The notes under the pieces were generated by a model. It ran no database searches. It saw only the letters and a program-made list of their open reading frames with translations, and was not told the origin of the DNA. The position numbers were made by a program, and so were the translations under genes. Positions 1 through 9,614 of a stretch of DNA of 18,959 nucleotides are shown one piece after another; the first letter of the stretch is position 1, and each line of letters starts with the position of its first letter. The DNA is from Minisyncoccota bacterium. Lineage in GTDB: Bacteria; Patescibacteriota; Minisyncoccia; Phycocordibacterales; DATDSR01. The stretch covers positions 1 to 18,959 of the forward strand of contig DATDSR010000026.1 of the NCBI GenBank assembly GCA_036517855.1, given 5' to 3'.

Positions 1-139
1 ATACAGCAAAGGCCTTGGGGATGGCGGGCGGGGTGGGCGGTACTCCGCACACAGGCGGAGACGCACCGATTTAGTAGCAGGGTTTAATCACAGCGGTGTC
101 GTCTCGAAGTAAGTTCGAGCCGACTCGTAGATACTCCAC
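1..139 (+). repeat. Copy A of a GC-rich repeat family of about 180 bp (cut by the window start)
   Basis: By manual alignment, 1-139 matches 16761-16900 at 137 of 140 positions (2 substitutions, one 1-nt indel) in the same orientation. It contains the hairpin GTCG-T-CTCGAA-gtaag-TTCGAG-C-CGAC at 98-124. Confidence 0.9.
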
Positions 140-185
140 AAAAGACACGACAACCTGCCCTGCGGCAGGTTTTGTGCTTTTGTGG
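136..185 (+). terminator. Compound hairpin with T-tract (candidate intrinsic terminator, plus strand favoured)
   Basis: The inner stem AACCTGCC-ctgc-GGCAGGTT (152-171) is followed by TTTGTGCTTTTGT. The outer stem CCACAAAAG(A)CAC (136-148) pairs with GTGCTTTTGTGG (174-185). Because the T-tract also takes part in the outer stem, the function is uncertain. Confidence 0.4.
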
Positions 186-351
186 AAGGCACAGTGATGC
201 TCCGCAAGCTTGCGGAGCCACGAGTCAGGGTCGTGAAAATTTTGATTCGACGGAATCAAAATTATTCCTGACCACAATAAATATGAATCGCTACAACACA
301 ACCAATTTCCCAAGGACCATCCCTGCCAATCAGTCCGGCTGTAGAACTTGG

Positions 352-377
352 AGAGGGCTCGCCCACGCGAGCCCTCT
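352..377. terminator. Perfect 11-bp hairpin downstream of the 399..830 gene (terminator-like, no clear U-tract)
   Basis: AGAGGGCTCGC-ccac-GCGAGCCCTCT lies 22 nt past the minus-strand stop codon at 399-401. Neither strand has a good T-run after it. Confidence 0.3.
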
Positions 378-398
378 TGTTGGAGAACGAAATGTGAC

Positions 399-830
399 CT
401 AGTTCCGCTTGGGTGGCGGGAGACCCCTTGCCTTGAACATGCGGGGCGTGTAGCTCTTGTCGTGACGCCAGACAAACCAGCCAGGCCAGACTATGGCGCC
501 AAATTTGCGCTTACCGTGGTTGTAGTCGTAGTTAAACTTGGCCACGAGATTGATGTTGGCGTCGAAGAGATCGCAGAGCCCCCGCGCAAGCACGTCAATC
601 TTCTGGTGCGACCGGCGGGCGAGCCTGATCTCGTAAGAGGCGGCGGAGAAACCGAGCACGGCCGCTGCGATCGAAACCACAACGTGGAGATAGCCCCTGT
701 GCTCGAACCAGCCGAACCAAGTTATTGCAACGAAGCCGAGACTCCCGGAAGCACCCACCACGACAAGCGCAAGCCTGTACCTCCTTAGCCGTTTCGACTC
801 CTCTTCGAGTTTATTGAGAATCTCGTCCAC
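399..830 (-). CDS. Hypothetical membrane protein (two predicted hydrophobic helices)
   Basis: This is a 143-aa ORF with hydrophobic stretches LALVVVGASGSLGFVAITWFGWF and YLHVVVSIAAAVLGFSAA. I recognise no family. The overlapping plus-strand ORF 348..788 looks like an antisense artefact. Confidence 0.6.
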   Translation of the reverse strand: MDEILNKLEEESKRLRRYRLALVVVGASGSLGFVAITWFGWFEHRGYLHVVVSIAAAVLGFSAASYEIRLARRSHQKIDVLARGLCDLFDANINLVAKFNYDYNHGKRKFGAIVWPGWFVWRHDKSYTPRMFKARGLPPPKRN

Positions 831-870
831 GATCCCCCCTTCCCGTTTCTAACTGAAAGACTACATAATC

Positions 871-1305
871 CTACCCAACAATACAAGTGGTGGTCGCTTG
901 ACTTGAGCTTGCAATGGAGCTTGAAAACGAAGTCGCTACCCCCGAGGTAAATGCCGCCGCCGATTGGTAGGCATTGCTAAGTGAGTTGCCTACACTGGCT
1001 CCCAGGACAAGGGCGGAGGTGCTAAGTGGGGTGGCGGTTGAGGGAGTGTTTAACTTTTCGGCTAGCGCAAGATTGGCCTCAACTTGGGCGATTAGCAAGC
1101 CCGCTTCGGGGTTGTTGGTGGTTTTTATTTCGGCTTTGAGTTTATCTAGGTCCGCGCGGATGTCTTCGAAAACGGCCACTTGCTTATCAAGACCGGTCGC
1201 TTTGTAATAAAGCGTCTGACGCAATGAAGGCGATTTGTAAAGCACGTAAGTGCCCACACCAGCGATTATCACAATTGCAATAAGTCCCTTCAGGATAGTA
1301 AACAT
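871..1305 (-). CDS. Hypothetical N-terminally anchored protein with a Ser/Ala/Thr-rich tail
   Basis: This 144-aa ORF starts 5 nt after the atpC stop. It has an N-terminal TM helix (LIAIVIIAGVGTYVLY), a coiled-coil-like middle and a low-complexity S/A/T C-terminus. Confidence 0.65.
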   Translation of the reverse strand: MFTILKGLIAIVIIAGVGTYVLYKSPSLRQTLYYKATGLDKQVAVFEDIRADLDKLKAEIKTTNNPEAGLLIAQVEANLALAEKLNTPSTATPLSTSALVLGASVGNSLSNAYQSAAAFTSGVATSFSSSIASSSQATTTCIVG

Positions 1306-1310
1306 ATTAC

Positions 1311-1574
1311 TTAATCAACCAAAACGGCCAACTCGTTGTTGCCGTTTAAGTGGAGGAAGCCGCCTTTGGCCTCGAAGTCTTGGCGCTTGCCACTTGGATC
1401 CTCGAGCCACACGCGACTGTCTTTTTGCAAAACAGACACTATCGGTTGGTGATGGTCGAGCAAAGTGATCTCCCCTGACATTGTTTTAACGTTCACCTTC
1501 TTCGCTTCCCCTTCAAACAGGATTCCTTTCAGGTTTATTATTTTCGTCTTCATATCACATTTGCCATTTAACAT
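1311..1574 (-). CDS. atpC: F1 ATP synthase epsilon subunit (N-terminal beta-sandwich only)
   Basis: It holds the last position of the atp operon and carries the motif GEITLLDHHQPIVSVL, typical of the epsilon N-domain. At 87 aa (or 80 aa from the ATG at 1553) it lacks the C-terminal helical hairpin. Confidence 0.85.
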   Translation of the reverse strand: MLNGKCDMKTKIINLKGILFEGEAKKVNVKTMSGEITLLDHHQPIVSVLQKDSRVWLEDPSGKRQDFEAKGGFLHLNGNNELAVLVD

Positions 1575-1581
1575 TCACCAT

Positions 1582-3952
<2,371 letters not shown>

Positions 3953-3953
<1 letters not shown>

Positions 3954-4531
3954 TATTTTGTTAGTTTAAAGGTTGAAATTATTCCATCATAAAGCGAATT
4001 CATTTCTTTAGGTTCCAAATCGTACACCCAATAAAAAATGACATTCTTACGTGAAAACACTGTGGCCACCTGCTTATAATCGCCACCAACCACAAACTTG
4101 TACCCAATATTCCCGTTTATTGTAATTTCCTTAGAACCAAATCCGCTTACTAAATCCTTAAGCGCAACTTCACTAGAGAGTTCCGAGACAATCATACAAA
4201 GCAAGGGCCGGCTCGATTTATACTCCAAACACAGAGTCCTAGCTAAATTATTTTTCGAGGTGGTCGCTAAACTTTGAAAGTATCCCCAGCCTTCCTCTGG
4301 AGGAACTTTGAATTCGAACCCGTCCTCCTCATTCTTAAAGACCTCGTTAGAGCCGAGGCTTGTTAAATCTGGATCCGTTTCAGATGCCAGTCCTGATTTA
4401 TCTAGATAATCTGCTCTCCTAGGCTCACTGGGTCCAGCTGCCACGTAATATAAAGTTGGAACGACAGCAATCCCAACGCCGATGGCCGCTAACACAACTA
4501 AGGCGATAATCATTCTCGGTGCTTTGCTCAT
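3953..4531 (-). CDS. Hypothetical membrane-anchored extracytoplasmic protein inserted in the atp operon
   Basis: 192 aa from ATG 4531 (an alternative GTG lies at 4534). The start overlaps the atpA stop (TGATG) and the stop overlaps the atpG start (TAATG). It has an N-terminal TM helix (IIALVVLAAIGVGIAVV) and is visibly more AT-rich than the neighbouring atp genes. The FEFKVPPEEGW-type motif is reminiscent of PsbP/DcrB-like folds, which is weak evidence. Confidence 0.75.
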
Positions 4532-6069
4532 CACAATTTCTTAAATGTGGCCAGGGCATTTTTAAGAGCAGTTTCGGTTCCTTCTTCGAGTTGGCCACTA
4601 GTTTTGATGGGGTCTAACACGTCGGCTTGGTGGCGATCTTTGAGATACTCGATGAAGTTTTCTTGCCAGGTTGCTATTCCCGCAAGGTTGTGTCCGTCTA
4701 GGTAGCCGTTTAGGGCGGCATAGAGTAACGGGACTTGGTGGTAGAACGGGAGAGGGGCGCCATCTCTTTGCTTGAGAAGTTCGACGAGCAGTTCTCCTTT
4801 TTTAATCTTGGCTCTAGTGGCGTCGTCGAGATCGCTCGCGAATTGCACGAAGGCGGCAAGCTCGCGGAATTGGGCGAGCTCAAGGCGCAGTTTGCCGGCC
4901 ACTTTCTTCATGGCCTTGGTTTGCGCGGCCGAACCTACGCGTGAGACCGAGAGGCCCACGTTCACAGCCGGACGCACACCTTGGTTGAAGAGACTTGACT
5001 CGAGGTAAATCTGCCCGTCGGTGATGGAGATAACGTTGGTGGGGATGTAGGCCGACACGTCACTTAACTTTGTTTCGATAATCGGCAAGGCTGTGAGTGA
5101 ACCGCCGCCGTGAGCCGCGTCAAGTTTGGCCGCGCGCTCAAGCAAACGCGAATGGAGGTAGAAGATGTCTCCCGGATAAGCCTCGCGACCAGGTGAGCGG
5201 CGCAAGAGCAGTGACACTTCGCGATAAGCATCGGCGTGCTTAGAGAGGTCATCATAAATCACCAGCGCGTCTTGGCCCTTGTCCATAAAGTACTCGCCGA
5301 TGGCCGCTCCAGCGAAAGGCGCCAAGTAAAGTAGCGGCGCAGGAGCACCTGCTGGTGCACTAATCACCACAGTGTAATCCATCGCGCCGGCCTCTGTGAG
5401 CTTGCGTACAATCTGGGCCACCTTGGATTGCTTCTGTCCGATTGATACATATATACACACCACTGGCTTTGCCTCGTTCTTCTGGTTCAAGATTGTGTCG
5501 AGGGCAACTGCTGTTTTGCCCGTCTGGCGGTCGCCAATGATAAGCTCACGTTGACCGCGGCCTATGGGGATCATCGCGTCCACCGATTTGATGCCGGTGT
5601 GGAGTGGTTGCTTCACCGACTCGCGCGAGACTACATCTGGAGCACTACGCTCAAGTGGATAATATTCAATCCGGGAGGTTGAACCTCCGCTTGGAGGTTC
5701 AACCTCCAAAACTCCTTTGCCATCTATTGGCTCTCCGAGGGGGGAAAGTACTCTCCCTAATACACCATTGTAAACTGGGACCGAGAGCACACGACCAGTA
5801 CCGGTGACCCTGTCGCCCACACTCACCCTGTTGGCCTCACCCAAAATGACCGCGCCGATAAACTCCTCTTCGAGGTTGAAGGCGATGGCCGAAGTGCCAC
5901 CACTCTTTGTTTCAATAGTTAAAAGCTCTTGCGAGAGTGCGCCCGCAAGACCCGACACGCGCGCAATGCCGTCGCCTACCTCCACCACCTTGCCGATAGC
6001 GCGCAGTTTAGGATCGTCTTTAAACCCTGCGATCTCCTTCTTTAGTTTTTCTACAATTTCATAACTCAT
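4531..6069 (-). CDS. atpA: F1 ATP synthase alpha subunit
   Basis: 512 aa with Walker A GDRQTGKT, and the motifs IYDDLSKHA and [21 protein letters not shown]. Confidence 0.98.
   Translation of the reverse strand: MSYEIVEKLKKEIAGFKDDPKLRAIGKVVEVGDGIARVSGLAGALSQELLTIETKSGGTSAIAFNLEEEFIGAVILGEANRVSVGDRVTGTGRVLSVPVYNGVLGRVLSPLGEPIDGKGVLEVEPPSGGSTSRIEYYPLERSAPDVVSRESVKQPLHTGIKSVDAMIPIGRGQRELIIGDRQTGKTAVALDTILNQKNEAKPVVCIYVSIGQKQSKVAQIVRKLTEAGAMDYTVVISAPAGAPAPLLYLAPFAGAAIGEYFMDKGQDALVIYDDLSKHADAYREVSLLLRRSPGREAYPGDIFYLHSRLLERAAKLDAAHGGGSLTALPIIETKLSDVSAYIPTNVISITDGQIYLESSLFNQGVRPAVNVGLSVSRVGSAAQTKAMKKVAGKLRLELAQFRELAAFVQFASDLDDATRAKIKKGELLVELLKQRDGAPLPFYHQVPLLYAALNGYLDGHNLAGIATWQENFIEYLKDRHQADVLDPIKTSGQLEEGTETALKNALATFKKL
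5674..5707. repeat. Perfect 15-bp inverted repeat (4-nt spacer) inside the atpA coding sequence
   Basis: GGAGGTTGAACCTCC-gctt-GGAGGTTCAACCTCC. Each arm is itself nearly palindromic. On the minus strand it encodes [11 protein letters not shown]. Confidence 0.9.
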
Positions 6070-6437
6070 AAAATGTTTTTGAGTTTACCAGCTAAGCTCA
6101 CATCTAATTCGCTCTCTCCATCAAACTCCATCCTCACTCCCGCTATCAAACTTGGGTTTACCGACGTGGTGACCCTATCTTTGGCGTCAAACTCATTAAG
6201 CAGTTTGGCCCGCTCGCTCACACCCAGGGCCCGGGCGAACTCAACCTTCACCATCCTGCCACCGCGTTCTTTCGTAATGAGTCTCTCCACTTCACTCGCC
6301 ACACTCGTGGCCTTGTGCAAGTCTCCCCGCTTGCGCAGTGTCGCCAGGAGCTTGCTTGGTTCGGCCTCCTTGCCTGCCTGCGCAGTCAGGCCCGCCTCTA
6401 CGTAGGCTCGGGCGTACGTTTGAGCGGAGATACTCAT
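6066..6437 (-). CDS. atpH: F1 ATP synthase delta (OSCP) subunit, short form
   Basis: 123 aa, located between b and alpha with ATGA overlaps on both sides. It has the C-terminal OSCP-like segment [27 protein letters not shown]. Confidence 0.85.
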   Translation of the reverse strand: MSISAQTYARAYVEAGLTAQAGKEAEPSKLLATLRKRGDLHKATSVASEVERLITKERGGRMVKVEFARALGVSERAKLLNEFDAKDRVTTSVNPSLIAGVRMEFDGESELDVSLAGKLKNIL

Positions 6438-6940
6438 ACACCAGGGTTACGCACTAATTTCACTGCTTGATCAATCAGCTTTTCATCTATCTCTTTGGGA
6501 TTCATCCCCACAACTTTGTGCAAAACCGAAGTGACGAAAGCTCGCGCCTCGTGCTCAACCGAGCGCATCGCCTCCTCACCTTCACGCGCGGCGATAGTCT
6601 TGGCCTCTTTGATAATGCCTTCACCTCGTAGTTCGCCTTTGGCCACAATGTCTCGCGCGTGGACTTCGGCATCTTTGCCCGCTTTGCGAATGAGCACCAG
6701 AGCATCCTCCTCGGCCTCGCTCATACGTTTGTCGCGCATCACATCAATCTGATGCAAACGTTCGGCCGCTTCGTCAGCTCCCTTCAAGCCTTCGGCAATC
6801 TTGGCCGCCCGCTCGCTCATCATCTTGCTTAGTGGCCGATAAACGAAAATGGTAAGCACCACCAGCACCACCGCGAAGTTAAGTGCCTGCCATATAAGCG
6901 CCGGCAAGTTGACGCCGAGTTGTGTGAACAGCTCGCTCAT
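6434..6940 (-). CDS. atpF: Fo ATP synthase b subunit
   Basis: 168 aa with one N-terminal TM helix (ALIWQALNFAVVLVVLTIFVY) followed by a long charged helix. It sits between c and delta. Confidence 0.9.
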   Translation of the reverse strand: MSELFTQLGVNLPALIWQALNFAVVLVVLTIFVYRPLSKMMSERAAKIAEGLKGADEAAERLHQIDVMRDKRMSEAEEDALVLIRKAGKDAEVHARDIVAKGELRGEGIIKEAKTIAAREGEEAMRSVEHEARAFVTSVLHKVVGMNPKEIDEKLIDQAVKLVRNPGV

Positions 6941-6943
6941 ACT

Positions 6944-7174
6944 TTAGGCAACGAACTTGAGAATGAGGGCGACAACGAGGGCGTAAATGGCGATAGCTTC
7001 AGCGAAGGCGAGCGAGAGAATCATAGCCGTCTGAATCTTCGAGGCAGCCTCTGGGTTTCGAGCAATGCCGTCGGCCGCGGAGGCACCGATCCTACCAATT
7101 GAGAGGGCTGGAGCGATTGTGCCTATGGCGATAACCGCCGCCACTGCTAACATCTTTATCACTTCTGGGTCCAT
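6944..7174 (-). CDS. atpE: Fo ATP synthase c subunit
   Basis: 76 aa forming a two-helix hairpin, with the loop GIARNPE and the carboxylate in [10 protein letters not shown]. Confidence 0.95.
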   Translation of the reverse strand: MDPEVIKMLAVAAVIAIGTIAPALSIGRIGASAADGIARNPEAASKIQTAMILSLAFAEAIAIYALVVALILKFVA

Positions 7175-7179
7175 ATTAT

Positions 7180-7905
7180 TTAATGATTAACTTCTAATTT
7201 TGTAGACATTCCTAAGAAGACGAGCGTGAGCATCGAGAAGATAAGCGCCTGAATCAACCCCACGAACACTTCTAAGAACAAAAATGGCAGGGGTACTGCG
7301 TACGGGACTAGGAAGGCCACTATCGTAAGCAACACCTCGCCGGCGAACACATTGCCGAACAACCTAAATGAGAACGAGATAATCTTAACAAACTCACTGA
7401 TTAATTCAAGTATGCCTACAAAGGCCATTATCGGATCTTTGAAAGGGTTGTGGAAGAATTTGCCCGCGTGCTTGCCAAGGCCAATGGCCGCCGCGCCTAA
7501 GATGTTGACGGCGAGCACCGAGATGATTGCGAGTGCAATGGTGAAGTTGAGGTCAGCTGTAGCGGCGCGAAAGAGCGGCGCGTGGCCTACGAGTATGTGT
7601 GACAGAGGCAAGAGCCCAAGCCAGTTCGAAGCGAGGATGAACAAAAAGATGCTCCCTACAATAGGCAAGTATCGCAAAGAAGCGGTACGCGAGCCCAGGA
7701 TTGTGTCCATTAGTTCGAGAGCCTGCTCGATGAAAAGTTCGAAAATACTTTGCAATTTACCCGGTACTGGCTTCAACCCTGCGTGGATAATGAGAGCCAC
7801 CACCACAATAAGTAGAGCGGCAATAAAACCCATAAACATCGAATTAGTGACAGCCAAACTGCCAATATGAAAAATCGTCTCCGCTTTTATCGAAATCTCC
7901 GGCAT
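7180..7905 (-). CDS. atpB: Fo ATP synthase a subunit
   Basis: 241 aa and polytopic. The conserved Arg context is [16 protein letters not shown]. It is the first gene of the operon. Confidence 0.95.
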   Translation of the reverse strand: MPEISIKAETIFHIGSLAVTNSMFMGFIAALLIVVVALIIHAGLKPVPGKLQSIFELFIEQALELMDTILGSRTASLRYLPIVGSIFLFILASNWLGLLPLSHILVGHAPLFRAATADLNFTIALAIISVLAVNILGAAAIGLGKHAGKFFHNPFKDPIMAFVGILELISEFVKIISFSFRLFGNVFAGEVLLTIVAFLVPYAVPLPFLFLEVFVGLIQALIFSMLTLVFLGMSTKLEVNH

Positions 7906-7937
7906 CGCGATGATAGCTTAACACCCTCCCACACAAC

Positions 7938-7965
7938 TTGACAAATAACCTTGGTCTTGTATGAT
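7938..7965 (+). promoter_or_regulatory. Sigma70-like promoter for the HicB-like ORF
   Basis: -35 TTGACA (7938-7943), 16-nt spacer, -10 TATGAT (7960-7965). The SD AGGAG (7973-7977) lies 6 nt before the ATG at 7984. Confidence 0.55.
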
Positions 7966-7983
7966 ACTTGGCAGGAGTCGAGC

Positions 7984-8157
7984 ATGAATAAAATCAAAAT
8001 TGCAGTCAACGTATCCCTCGACGGTAAACATTGGATAGCAACTATCCCTGATGAACGCGAGCCTGTCTTCGGAGGTGGAAGAACAGTAGCTGAAGCTGTC
8101 GGCGAGATTGTGATAGCATACAAACGGAGACTACAACTGGAAATCGAAATCAAATAG
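7984..8157 (+). CDS. Small HicB-like / UPF0150-type protein (possible orphan antitoxin-like protein)
   Basis: 57 aa from the ATG at 7984 (the ORF-track start at 7951 is a TTG upstream of the SD). The pattern DGKHWIATIPD...GGGRTVAEAVGEIV resembles the HicB N-terminal fold signature (xxPDxPG..G.T..EA). No HicA partner is nearby. Confidence 0.5.
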   Translation: MNKIKIAVNVSLDGKHWIATIPDEREPVFGGGRTVAEAVGEIVIAYKRRLQLEIEIK

Positions 8158-8199
8158 CCCCGAGGAGGAGACCCGCAACGCGGGGGCTCCACTCGGGGC
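8157..8199. terminator. Hairpin between convergent genes (candidate bidirectional terminator)
   Basis: GCCCCGAG (8157-8164) pairs with CTCGGGGC (8192-8199), with further imperfect internal pairing (GGAGACCCGC/GCGGGGGCTCC). It lies between the HicB-like stop and the uppS-fusion stop. Confidence 0.45.
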
Positions 8200-8214
8200 C
8201 TTCGCATTTATATA

Positions 8215-9270
8215 CTAGCTTCCTCCAAACGTGCGATTTCTATTGCCGTATTCGGCTAGGGCGAGTTGCATTTGGTCGGGGGTGAAGTCGGGGAAGTGGA
8301 GCGGGGTGAAGTAGAGTTCGGCGTAGACTCCCTGCCAGGGCATCATACCCGAGAGGCGCTGTTCGCCGCTTGTGCGGATGATGAGGTCCGGGTCGGGCAG
8401 TCCGGCAGTATCAAGCGCTTCGTTGATGCTCTCCTCGCTCACTCCCCCATTCTTACTTGCCTTTTGCGCCGCCCTAATAATTTCATCGCGTCCACCATAA
8501 TCTAATGCCATCGAAAATGTTTTACCGGCAAATTGAGCTGTTTGCTTTTCTAAATCTGCAAGACCACTGGCGAGCTTTGGATCTAATCTATCTTTGCGAC
8601 CCAAATGACGGAACGAAATTTTATCTTTTACAAGCTCCTTGCCCAAGTCTTTAACGGCTTGGGTGAAGGCCTTCATAAGCCAAGCGACCTCGTCAGCCGA
8701 GCGAGTCCAGTTCTCCGTAGAGAACCCCCAAAAGGTGATGTGCTCAACTTCAGTATCTTTAATAAATTTCAAAAGCTCTTTGGTGCGCTCAATCCCCTCT
8801 TTGTGACCTTGCCAAACCATGAGCCCGCGCTCTTTAGCCCAGCGGCGATTGCCATCTGGGATAATCACAACGTGCTTAGGTATTTTCAAAATCGTCTTCT
8901 CCACCTTCCTATCAACTCTGTTTAAAACACGCCGACCGAGATTAGTGAGTGCGTGCACTTGATCCACCACCATCGAGCCGTCATCGCGTGATACTTGGAA
9001 TTTATCAAACTCCCCCGTCGCCTCGCTCCAATTAAATGACAGGCCATCCACGTGGGCAAGCAAAGAACCGCGATAGCACCAGTCGAGCAACTTGCGTAGT
9101 GCCGCCTCGCCCCCATCACCCGTGGCCTCGGCCACAATCTCCACTTTGCCATTTGGCAAGTTACGGGCAAAACCAACAAGCCCGCAAGAGTCGGCCACCC
9201 GTTTAGCAGAAGCACGGTAAAAGACGCCTTGCACCCGCCCACTGACGAAAATCTCCAAACGTTTGTCCAT
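8215..9270 (-). CDS. uppS: Acylphosphatase domain fused to undecaprenyl-diphosphate synthase (cis-prenyltransferase)
   Basis: 351 aa. The first ~95 residues carry acylphosphatase signatures (VSGRVQGVFYR, GFARNLPNGKVEIVAE). The last ~220 residues carry UppS motifs (HVVIIPDGNRRWAKERG, FWGFSTENWTRSADEV, IRTSGEQRLSGMMPWQGVYAELYF). Confidence 0.9.
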   Translation of the reverse strand: MDKRLEIFVSGRVQGVFYRASAKRVADSCGLVGFARNLPNGKVEIVAEATGDGGEAALRKLLDWCYRGSLLAHVDGLSFNWSEATGEFDKFQVSRDDGSMVVDQVHALTNLGRRVLNRVDRKVEKTILKIPKHVVIIPDGNRRWAKERGLMVWQGHKEGIERTKELLKFIKDTEVEHITFWGFSTENWTRSADEVAWLMKAFTQAVKDLGKELVKDKISFRHLGRKDRLDPKLASGLADLEKQTAQFAGKTFSMALDYGGRDEIIRAAQKASKNGGVSEESINEALDTAGLPDPDLIIRTSGEQRLSGMMPWQGVYAELYFTPLHFPDFTPDQMQLALAEYGNRNRTFGGS

Positions 9271-9285
9271 CTAAATCAATTTATG

Positions 9286-9358
9286 TGCACTCTGCAGGGA
9301 TCGAACCTGCGACCTTGCGAATGTGAATCGCACGCTCTACCAACTGAGCTAAGAGTGC
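9286..9358 (-). tRNA. tRNA-Val (anticodon CAC)
   Basis: Manual cloverleaf: acceptor GCACTCT/AGAGTGC, D arm GCTC-AGTTGGTA-GAGC, anticodon arm TGCGA-TTCACAT-TCGCA, T arm GCAGG-TTCGATC-CCTGC, discriminator A. CCA is not encoded. Confidence 0.9.
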
Positions 9359-9367
9359 GCATTCGCA

Positions 9368-9396
9368 ATAGTATCTATAACTAGCCATTTTAGCAA
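9368..9396 (-). promoter_or_regulatory. Sigma70-like promoter for tRNA-Val (and probably the downstream uppS fusion)
   Basis: On the minus strand: -35 TTGCTA (9391-9396), 17-nt spacer, -10 TACTAT (9368-9373), 9 nt before the tRNA 5' end. Confidence 0.5.
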
Positions 9397-9404
9397 TTGG
9401 TGTC

Positions 9405-9449
9405 ATATAAAAAACCGAGCCCGCCACGTCCCCTAACGGGACGGGCGGG
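9405..9449 (-). terminator. Rho-independent terminator after the 43-aa ORF
   Basis: On the minus strand, a GC-rich stem of about 12 bp with two bulges (9420-9433 / 9438-9449, loop GTTA in the minus-strand reading, TAAC on the plus strand) is followed by CTCGGTTTTTTAT. Confidence 0.6.
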
Positions 9450-9457
9450 TGACGTGG

Positions 9458-9589
9458 TCAAAGGTGGAAGACAAGGGCGATAGCGTTCCAGGCTCCCCAC
9501 CACATGACTCCACACGCAAAGATTGCAACCGCATAGTCGGCCCAGGAGTTGTGACTGATGTGAACCGGAGTCAAATTTTCGTTGGTCAT
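9458..9589 (-). CDS. Small hydrophobic peptide (43 aa), hypothetical
   Basis: MTNENLTPVHISHNSWADYAVAIFACGVMWWGAWNAIALVFHL. A strong SD GGGAGGAGG lies about 10 nt upstream of the ATG at 9589. It has its own promoter (9615-9642) and terminator (9405-9449), and one predicted TM helix. Confidence 0.5.
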   Translation of the reverse strand: MTNENLTPVHISHNSWADYAVAIFACGVMWWGAWNAIALVFHL

Positions 9590-9614
9590 GTTCGATTGTC
9601 CTCCTCCCAGAGTA

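Noticed and set aside
140-400. RNase P RNA, tmRNA or SRP RNA in the hairpin cluster
   Set aside because: AGTCCGGCT at about 322-330 superficially recalls the P4 GAAAGUCCGG motif. The rest of the universal RNase P core, a tRNA-like tmRNA 3' end and the SRP domain IV motif are all absent.
71-475. ORFs 71..475 (-), 172..402 (+) and 348..788 (+) in the left non-coding region
   Set aside because: They run through the repeat and through several perfect hairpins. Their Arg/Ser/Gly/Cys-rich composition is implausible, they lack an SD, and they overlap the better-supported 399..830 gene. I treat them as non-coding or antisense artefacts.
7887-8207. ORF 7887..8207 (-), 106 aa
   Set aside because: It is antisense to the HicB-like ORF, which has a near-consensus promoter and SD. 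It also spans the intergenic promoter and the terminator hairpin.
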